From an uncultured delta proteobacterium (GTDB lineage: Bacteria; Desulfobacterota; Binatia; UBA9968), in assembly GCA_963840855.1 (NCBI GenBank), contig CAWJBB010000015.1:1-16352 (forward strand): a stretch of 16,352 nucleotides of DNA. Reading direction: 5' to 3'. Position 1 is the first letter of the stretch. Each line of letters starts with the position of its first letter. The notes under the pieces were generated by a model that saw nothing but the letters and a program-made list of their open reading frames with translations, did not search any database and was not told where the DNA came from. This document shows positions 8,066 to 15,256 of this stretch, one piece after another. The position numbers were made by a program, and so were the translations under genes.

Positions 8066-8080
8066 CTTGAACCTTGAACC
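8066..8080. repeat. Two heptamer units CTTGAAC-CTTGAAC-C (right-arm remnant of the 1097-1191 element)
   Basis: Same unit and terminal TTGAACCA as 1185-1192. Confidence 0.55.
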
Positions 8081-8093
8081 AGTGAGCGAGCTT

Positions 8094-8603
8094 TCATCGA
8101 TCCCGACTGGACCCGGGCGAAGCGCGCGTCGCGCACCAGGAAAGCATTTCGATCTGCGGCATTGTTTCCACTATGGATCCTGCCCGCGAGACTACGCTTT
8201 CCGCGTCGGTCATCGGTTCGCCCAAGGCAAGCAGCACAGAGATGGCAAGCATCGCGGTGCGGCCGACACCGCCCGCGCAATGAATCAGCACCGCTTCTCC
8301 GGACTGCAATCGATTCGCCACATCGTTCGCAAGCGCCCAGAAGGCACCCCGGTCTTCAGGCACGCCGCCTTCACGAATTTCAAAAGGCAGCACTGAACAG
8401 GGAACGGTCCCGGCCTCCAGCGCCTCTGCGTATTTGGAGGATTTCAGGCGAATTTCGTATTCTTCCGTCAAACATACGATCGCGCCGACCGCTTCGCTCC
8501 TCAGCTGCTGCAAAACCCTCTCGATCGCTTCAAAGCGGCCCGGCATGCTGTGAAGCAGCAGTCTCCCAGGGACCCACGCAGGCAGTTCGACACGACGAAA
8601 CAT
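8094..8603 (-). CDS. Dual-specificity/tyrosine protein phosphatase family protein (CDKN3-like)
   Basis: CX5R P-loop IHCAGGVGRT, VETMPQ Q-loop, SMPGR, IVCLTEEYE. GGAGAG SD upstream on the minus strand. Confidence 0.9.
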   Translation of the reverse strand: MFRRVELPAWVPGRLLLHSMPGRFEAIERVLQQLRSEAVGAIVCLTEEYEIRLKSSKYAEALEAGTVPCSVLPFEIREGGVPEDRGAFWALANDVANRLQSGEAVLIHCAGGVGRTAMLAISVLLALGEPMTDAESVVSRAGSIVETMPQIEMLSWCATRASPGSSRDR

Positions 8604-8815
8604 CTTATTCTCTCCAATAAGAAATAGTTTTCACAGTCCGCATAGGAATATGTAATCAAATCCTAAGAAACAAGCACATCCCTCGTGCCCCACCAAAGAA
8701 GGCTTAGTGCTCAAAGTCCGGCCCCCCTAGCTACAGATCCCAAAGTGCAGACTTGAAGCAGGAGTTGAGTTGCGTCAACGCCACAGTTACTACTGCTGCG
8801 TCCACTTTTTTTCGC

Positions 8816-8845
8816 TTGACTCCCCTTTCTCATTTCACCTACTTT
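8816..8845 (+). promoter_or_regulatory. Possible sigma70 promoter upstream of the hydrolase remnant and downstream operon
   Basis: TTGACT (8816-8821), 18 nt spacer, TACTTT (8840-8845) in an AT-rich divergent intergenic region. Confidence 0.35.
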
Positions 8846-8894
8846 ACGTTGAACCCAATGGTAACTTTGCTCACGATTACCGAAGAAAGGCTCT

Positions 8895-9231
8895 ATGCTC
8901 TCAAGGCCCATAGAAAAGATCGTTGGTGTTGTGGCGCTTTCGCTTGCTATGTTAAGCACAGGCATGACCGCGGAACGGGCAGCCAGCATCGAATACGAAA
9001 CGGTGGGGCGCCCTGCCAACCTGCAAGGGAATTTTATCGCCCCGCCGGATGCAAGCTTTAGATTTCTTACCCTAGGCCATCGACGGCTCGCGTGTTGACG
9101 CCGTGCTTTGCCAGCCCGATTCAAAGACAGTGGCAAACTCTACTTTGGTCGTGAGCGTGCACGGCTCGGGTGGGAGCTATGATTCCGACGCGATAGTCCG
9201 AATACTGTGCTTCGGAAACGCTGGATTGTAA
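8895..9231 (+). pseudogene. Frameshifted and C-terminally truncated exported alpha/beta hydrolase
   Basis: First frame: MLSRPIEKIVGVVALSLAML...FRFLTL (signal-like). After a +1 shift at ~9075: AIDGSRVDAVLCQPDSKTVANSTLVVSVHGSGGSY...GL*, with an oxyanion HG motif but no GxSxG. Confidence 0.65.
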
Positions 9232-9242
9232 AGGAGACCAAG

Positions 9243-9977
9243 ATGGTTAATCGCTGGAAAGCTCGAATAGGCTGGATCCATCCACGCGTCACAAGCGATA
9301 TAGAAGTCTACGACTTTTACCGAGTGGCCCCTAACGACGTGGTCTTAGTCGTCACGAATCTCGAGGTCGTCGAGTCGTCGAGCAAGGAAGATGTCGATGC
9401 GTCGTTGGCCCTTTTGGAACGGGCGGTCGAGCGTTTAACGCAGGCTGGCGTGGATATTATCGTGGCGGGTGGTTCTCCAGTTCATCTCCGTTACGGCAAC
9501 GAAGGTCATCGGCAAATCCTGGAGCGCATGCGGGCGGCCACCAAAATTCCGGTCACGACCAGCTCGCTAGTTCTCGCCGATGCTTTCCACCATCTCTCCT
9601 TGCAACGCATTTTGGCGATCTGCTCTTGGCGGCCGGACTCTCTGCAACTCGACAACTTGAGAAACTTTTTGCGCGTTTCCGGGATTGAAATAGCAGCCGT
9701 TGAGGGGATCGGCAAACAATTGTCCTCTATCGAGAAGACCAAGCTGACGCCTGCGCAGATCTATGACAATGCGGTCGAAGCGGGCAAAAAACACCCCGAA
9801 GTAGACGCGGTCTATATTCAATCAGGAACCATGGCAACCGCGGACATCATCGAGCCTTTGGAAAACGAACTCGGAAAACCGGTTCTGAGCGCCCACATCG
9901 CGAATATATGGGGGTCTTTCAAGCCGCTGAACATCAAGGTCGGTTCCGGCTACGGCACGCTGCTCGAGAGTCTATGA
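9243..9977 (+). CDS. Asp/Glu racemase-fold protein (maleate cis-trans isomerase / arylmalonate decarboxylase-like) lacking the catalytic Cys residues
   Basis: RIGWIHP, GVDIIV, IPVTTS, PEVDAVYI, IEPLENELGKPVLSA..ANIW. AAGGAG SD precedes ATG 9243. Confidence 0.8.
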   Translation: MVNRWKARIGWIHPRVTSDIEVYDFYRVAPNDVVLVVTNLEVVESSSKEDVDASLALLERAVERLTQAGVDIIVAGGSPVHLRYGNEGHRQILERMRAATKIPVTTSSLVLADAFHHLSLQRILAICSWRPDSLQLDNLRNFLRVSGIEIAAVEGIGKQLSSIEKTKLTPAQIYDNAVEAGKKHPEVDAVYIQSGTMATADIIEPLENELGKPVLSAHIANIWGSFKPLNIKVGSGYGTLLESL

Positions 9978-10052
9978 CAACTGCAGCGTGCCGTTGGAAC
10001 TCAAAAGGAATGAATCGAAGGCTCTTCGCACAAAAAGCAAAGGAGAAGAGTG

Positions 10053-11372
10053 ATGAAAGATGAAGATCTAACATCAAAGCTCGAAGCACTCCACGAAGTG
10101 CTGACAAGAGTGAGAATTCCCCCGGCCTATAATCCGGGAAAATGGTTTGCCGGCCCGGTTAATTTTGCCCCGGCGGTCCGCGCAGGCATGAATCTGCCCG
10201 AGCGAGTGGAGATATGTGACGTGACCCTGCGGGAAGCGTCGCAAGCCTACTTTGGCAAGAAGGAATTCATTGCCCTGGCCCATGAGTTGGACGATGCCGG
10301 GGTAGCCGTTATCCAATTCCTTTTGCCAAAAAACGAAGGCGTGAAATCCGAGGAGATGCAAACATTCAAGGAACTCGGCAAGCAGCAGCTTTCAGCGAAA
10401 CTGCAAGTTTACGGTTTAAGCTCGGAAGCCGAAATGGACATGGCTGCTGAGTATGGCGCGGACAGCATCTGCTACACCGTTTTCCCTATTCCGCAATGGC
10501 AGCCCGTATTCGCCGCGCGCAAGCGCGTCGCGCAACGGTCAGAAGTCCTTGAAAGGTCCAAAGCGGTGCGCACCGAAGACGACTTGATCGAATACATGGA
10601 AAAGATGGCGGAAGCAGCAAAGACTCGCGGCTTGAAGTCACGCCCTATCACCAACTTTTTCTCTATGGCGCCCATCGACTTTATCATTAGATACGCGAAA
10701 GCTTGTGAACGCGCCCAAGTGTACGCGCTCAATCTCACCGATCCAGCCGGCAACATGGGTCCGGCGGGCTATCGCTATGTCATTTCGGAAGTGAAGAAGG
10801 CGGCCCCGCGTCTAACCGTCGGTGTTCACGCCCACAATGACCTGGGTTTGGCTACTGCTAATGCTTTGGCTGCGGTCGAGGGCGGCGCCACTCAAGTAGA
10901 CGTGACCATCAATGGCACGGGCGCTAGAGCGGGCAACGCTACCATGGCCGAGGTGGTCGTAGCCTTGGAGGCTCTGTATGGAATTAAGACGGGTATGAAA
11001 TTAGAGCGCTTGACAGGCCTGTCGAAGATGTTTGAAGACCTGTCACGGTGGCCGACTCCTAAGGACAAACCGCTCGTCGGCGAGTATGCCTTCACCGATG
11101 CCAGCGAAACTCACAGCTTTCTTCTTCAGGCTGATCCATTGTTATTCGCCCCGGTCAGGCCTGAACTGGTGGGCAACAAACGGCGCAGCCACTTGGACCT
11201 CAAGTCGGGAATTCACACTCTCAAGATGCGGTTACACGAGATCGGGGTCGACTTGCCGGAAGAACGGTTGCCCGTCTTGTTGGCCCAAATCAAGTCCAAG
11301 CTTGCGACGAGACGCAGGCTCCTTACTGAAGAGGAAATCAGAGACTGCGTTGCGGAGATAAGCAGCAGCTAA
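10053..11372 (+). CDS. DRE-TIM metallolyase (homocitrate/isopropylmalate synthase-like) without a regulatory domain, atypical active site
   Basis: DVTLREASQ, HAHNDLGLATANALAAVEGGA, TINGTGARAGN, KPLVGEYAF, PELVGN. AGGAG 7 nt before ATG 10053 (alternative GTG at 10050). Confidence 0.85.
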   Translation: MKDEDLTSKLEALHEVLTRVRIPPAYNPGKWFAGPVNFAPAVRAGMNLPERVEICDVTLREASQAYFGKKEFIALAHELDDAGVAVIQFLLPKNEGVKSEEMQTFKELGKQQLSAKLQVYGLSSEAEMDMAAEYGADSICYTVFPIPQWQPVFAARKRVAQRSEVLERSKAVRTEDDLIEYMEKMAEAAKTRGLKSRPITNFFSMAPIDFIIRYAKACERAQVYALNLTDPAGNMGPAGYRYVISEVKKAAPRLTVGVHAHNDLGLATANALAAVEGGATQVDVTINGTGARAGNATMAEVVVALEALYGIKTGMKLERLTGLSKMFEDLSRWPTPKDKPLVGEYAFTDASETHSFLLQADPLLFAPVRPELVGNKRRSHLDLKSGIHTLKMRLHEIGVDLPEERLPVLLAQIKSKLATRRRLLTEEEIRDCVAEISSS

Positions 11373-11479
11373 TCCAAGGCTTCGTGGTGAACGATATCAA
11401 GGTGAAAAATACATGTTGGCCGCGCGGAAACCTAAGGATCTTTTGTTTGATTGGCCTCAGGAACGAGGGGAGAACGTCG

Positions 11480-12497
11480 ATGAACAAACCGATTATTCAA
11501 GTCAGATATTGGCTGCTGCTGGCCGCTTTAGCTGCTGCCGCAAAATCTTTGGCCAGCGCAGGCGGTCGATTTGAACGCCGCGCGCAAGGAAGGAAAACTA
11601 ACGATCTACGCGTCGATCTCGCTTGACGATATCAACATCCTGGCTCGGGCATTCGAGAAAAAATACCCTTGGATCCAGGTCACAACCTATCGCGCAGGAA
11701 AGATCAACCTGGGCCAACGCATGGTCACCGAGGCGCGCGCGCGCCGGCATACTTTCGATGTTCTGCTTTCCAGCGCCTTCACAACCCTGGAAATGAAAGC
11801 GCAGAATCTGCTCGTTCAGTACCGGTCGCCGGAAAGCTCCGGCCTCCCGGCCGAACTGCGCGACCCGCAAGGGTACTGGGCCGCCGGGCAAATCAACACG
11901 ATGTCGTTGTCCTACAACACCAAGCTGATCAATAAACAAGATCTGCCGCAACAGTGGCCCGATCTTCTGAATCCCAAGTGGCGAGGTAAGATCGCCGTCA
12001 ACGCCAATCGGCCGGAATGGTACATCGGGCTTTTGCAGTTGATGGGCGACGAGCAAGGGCGCAAGTACATGAAGTCGCTGGCCGAGCTAAAGACGATTCC
12101 GATCGAAAGCGCGAGCCTGGCGGACTCACTCCTGTCCGCAGGCGAATACCCTGCCTACGTCAACTCTTCGCCCGCCACCACCGAGCGCGAAAAGAAAAAA
12201 GGCGCGCCCGTGGACTGGGTCAATATCACTCCCTTGCCCACTTATCCGATCCTGGTCTCCGTGTCTTCGCATGCAAACTACCCGCATGCGGCCAGATTGA
12301 TGGCCGATTTTCTCCTGTCTCAAGAGGGACAGCAAGTCTTCGCCGGCATTCCGCGCATCCCGGCGAAGGCCGGCATTGAAACCAAACCGGCGAGCCTCAC
12401 CAAGGGAGTCAAACTGTTTTACATTGACGTGAACAAGATGGCGGGGAAGTCCGATGATCTCGAAGAGGAGTTCCGAAAGACTTTTGGCTTGCGTTAG
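11480..12497 (+). CDS. ABC transporter substrate-binding protein (Fe3+/thiamine/AfuA-like cluster) with a +1 frameshift in the signal peptide
   Basis: AARKEGKLTIY, YNTKL, WPDLLNPKWRGKI, GAPVDW, HPxAA-like YPHAARLMADFLLSQEGQ. The SD-preceded ATG 11480 is in a different frame and joins the body at ~11531. Confidence 0.85.
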
Positions 12498-12562
12498 GCT
12501 AAAGGTAAAAAGGCAAAGCAGACGCGACTTCACAGGAGACCAGAAGGGACACTTTTCTAACT

Positions 12563-13267
12563 ATGAAAGCTTCCTGGAAAGAACTGAAGACCGAGAGCGG
12601 AGCCATGCGCGTTCACCTTAGTCTGCCCGATGGCGCGGGCCCGTTTCCGGGGATCGTCATCATCCATAACCAGGGAGGCATTAACGACATTCTGCATCTT
12701 CCGGCTGAACTTGCGAGTGCCGGTTATGCCGCCGCGGCTCCCGATATGTACTACCGGGATGGCATCGACTGCCGGGATCCGGCGCCGACCCGAAGAGCCC
12801 GTCTGCGGGATGCAAGCGTTATCACGGACGTGAACGCTACAGTCGATTTCTTCAAGGGGCAGCAGCGGGTCGATGGCGCGCGGCTCGGTGTCCTTGGCTT
12901 CTGCATGGGCGGGCGGGTGACTTATCTCATGGCGGCGGCAAACCCAAGCTTCAAGGCTGCGGTGATGTATTATGGAGGCGGAATTTTTCGCTCCTGGGGC
13001 GATGGCCCCTCGCCGTTTGAGCGCACTGCCGAAATTCATTGCCCGATGATGGGACATTTTGGCGAGGAAGACGAGAACCCATCTCCGGAAGATGTTCAAA
13101 AGTTCGCCGCCGAACTGACCGCGCACGGGAAGGTCCACGAATTCCATTCCTACACCGGGGCCGGCCACGCCTTTATGAACAAGTCGCGCGACACCTATCG
13201 CCAACACGCCGCGGACCTTTCCTGGCCCCGGACCATAGGATTTTTCACGAAACATCTGGCCGGTTAA
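12563..13267 (+). CDS. Dienelactone hydrolase family protein
   Basis: GPFPGIVIIH, APDMYYR, GFCMGG (Cys nucleophile), GEED, YTGAGHAF (His). Confidence 0.92.
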   Translation: MKASWKELKTESGAMRVHLSLPDGAGPFPGIVIIHNQGGINDILHLPAELASAGYAAAAPDMYYRDGIDCRDPAPTRRARLRDASVITDVNATVDFFKGQQRVDGARLGVLGFCMGGRVTYLMAAANPSFKAAVMYYGGGIFRSWGDGPSPFERTAEIHCPMMGHFGEEDENPSPEDVQKFAAELTAHGKVHEFHSYTGAGHAFMNKSRDTYRQHAADLSWPRTIGFFTKHLAG

Positions 13268-13348
13268 CGCCGGAGGTTCCGGAACCTGTGACTTCCAACC
13301 CTGCGACAAGCAGCCTTTAGGCGCACCAGGCATAACAAGGATGCTAGC

Positions 13349-15019
13349 GTGGTTATCGTTTTAGCGGGCGCCATTGTTCTCGTCGCCTATTTTGCCCTTA
13401 CACCCTTGCTCATGCTTCTCTACAGCAGCTTGAGCGATGCCCCGCCCGGAAGTCTCGGCAATCTCACGCTCGCGCATTATTCCCGCGCTTACCTGGATCC
13501 CGAGTTTTATGTGCTGTTTTGGAACACGCTCAAGTTCGCTCTCGGCGCCGCCGCGCTGTCTTTTACTTTTGGCGGTGTGCTCGCGTGGATCTGCGAGCGC
13601 ACGAACACGCCGCTGCGCGGCGTGATTTCGGGCCTCGTGCTCGTGCTCTTTATCGTTCCCGGCATTTTGGAAACCGTCGCCTGGATTCTATTGCTCTCAC
13701 CCCAGATCGGCCTCATCAATCTATTCATCAGGAACGTGTTGGCGCTGCCGGATTTCTCCCTCAATGTCTTTTCTCTCGGCGGCATGATCTGGGCGGAATC
13801 GATGAACCTTTATCCCCTCGTCTTTCTTCTGCTGTCCGCCGCGTTCAGATCCCAGGACATTGCCATGGAGGAAGCCTCGCTGGCGTGCGGCGCCGGGAAT
13901 TTTACGACGTTTATTCGCATAACCCTGAGGCTGGTCATGCCCGCGATGCTGTCGGTTTTGCTGATCACGTTTATCCGCGCTGTCGAATCCTTTGAGGTGC
14001 CCGCCCTGATTGGCGCCCGCGCCGGGGTTTTCGTTTTTACGAGCAAGATTTACAGCGCGCTTCAGAGGTTGCGGCCGCAGTACGGTATCGCCGGCGCCTA
14101 TTCGTTAACTCTTCTTGTCATTAGCATAGCGGGAGTCTGGCTCTACACTCGCATGACCAAGGCAGGAGAAAGCTTTGCCATCATCACCGGCAAGGGATAT
14201 CGCCCCCGCCGCATCGACCTGGGGCCGTGGCGATGTCTGGTGTGCGTCTTTGCTCTTCTCATCGTGGCCGCGACCGCTGTGCTTCCAATCGCCAACCTGT
14301 TCTGGTCGTCTCTTACCCCGTATATGGCCGTGCCTTCGTGGGAAATGTTGCCGCGTCTTTCCTGGAAAAGCTACGGCGACCTTTTTGCCTATCCGTTCGG
14401 GCGCAAAGCGCTCACGAACAGCCTGATGCTCTCCTTTGCCAGCGCGACCGGCGTCATGCTGCTGACTTCACTGATCGCTTGGGTCACCGTTAAATCGAGG
14501 CTGCGCGGGCGCGTCCTCCTCGACAATCTTGCTTTTCTACCGATCGCTGTCCCAGGCCTTGTGCTGGGAGTGAGCCTACTTGTGCTATATCTCACGCTTC
14601 CGATTCCTATCTACGGCACGCTGTGGATCCTGTTCATCGCTTACATGACCCGATACTTGCCCTACGGAATCCGCGCGGCGTCGGCGTCGATGATCCAGAT
14701 CAGCAAAGAGCTCGAAGAGGCGTCCGTGGCCAGCGGCGCGAGCTGGTTGCAGACTTTTTACAAGGTCTTGCTTCCCCTGCTCATGCCGGGTTTTATTGCC
14801 GGTTGGGTCTATATTGCGATTGTATCCTTGCGGGAGCTTTCGACTTCGATTCTGCTCTATACACAGGACAGTATCGTGCTCTCGATTTTGATATTTGACA
14901 TGTGGGAATCGGGACTCTACAACACCGTCTCGGCCCTGGGCGTGCTCATGGTAGTCTTTCTGATGCTCGTGACCTGGGCGGCGCGAAAGGTCGGCGCGCG
15001 CATCGGGTCCGTCGACTAG
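13349..15019 (+). CDS. ABC transporter permease, fused two-domain FbpB/AfuB/ThiP type
   Basis: Many TM segments, two EAA loops (MEEASLACGA and LEEASVASGA), ERTNTP, FEVPALIG. Confidence 0.93.
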   Translation: MVIVLAGAIVLVAYFALTPLLMLLYSSLSDAPPGSLGNLTLAHYSRAYLDPEFYVLFWNTLKFALGAAALSFTFGGVLAWICERTNTPLRGVISGLVLVLFIVPGILETVAWILLLSPQIGLINLFIRNVLALPDFSLNVFSLGGMIWAESMNLYPLVFLLLSAAFRSQDIAMEEASLACGAGNFTTFIRITLRLVMPAMLSVLLITFIRAVESFEVPALIGARAGVFVFTSKIYSALQRLRPQYGIAGAYSLTLLVISIAGVWLYTRMTKAGESFAIITGKGYRPRRIDLGPWRCLVCVFALLIVAATAVLPIANLFWSSLTPYMAVPSWEMLPRLSWKSYGDLFAYPFGRKALTNSLMLSFASATGVMLLTSLIAWVTVKSRLRGRVLLDNLAFLPIAVPGLVLGVSLLVLYLTLPIPIYGTLWILFIAYMTRYLPYGIRAASASMIQISKELEEASVASGASWLQTFYKVLLPLLMPGFIAGWVYIAIVSLRELSTSILLYTQDSIVLSILIFDMWESGLYNTVSALGVLMVVFLMLVTWAARKVGARIGSVD

Positions 15020-15256
15020 AATCACCCCCTTGCTTCGACATGATTGCCCGTGCTAGCGGAATGAAAGCACCCGGTATTCCGCCCTGTCGTGATTCACGAA
15101 CCTGTTGGCACGACAGTGACCGCGCTTTGCGCGACCTGTTTCGCTGAGATTGATGCAAATTTTACTCTCTTCGTTTAGTCTTAAGAAGATCGCCTGATGT
15201 CGGACCGAACGAAACGATCCCTTGCAAACTCAGAGGGATCGAAAAAGGGGTTTGCG

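Noticed and set aside
10053-11372. Assigning leuA, nifV or lys20 as gene symbol
   Set aside because: Key motifs diverge, there is no regulatory domain and there is no pathway context.
12498-12520. AAAGGT/AAAGGC short repeat after the binding-protein stop
   Set aside because: Only 2-3 imperfect units and a single occurrence; insufficient to call a second repeat family.
15106-15121. Sigma54 promoter (TGGCACG)
   Set aside because: The -12 element reads TGAC rather than TTGC, and the sequence is explained by a hairpin arm.
15143-15240. TPP riboswitch fragments (GCTGAGA, CCTGAT, AGGGA) before a thiamine/iron-type binding protein
   Set aside because: Spacing is too long and the P2 ACCC and P5 TAAT..C.GCG elements are absent.
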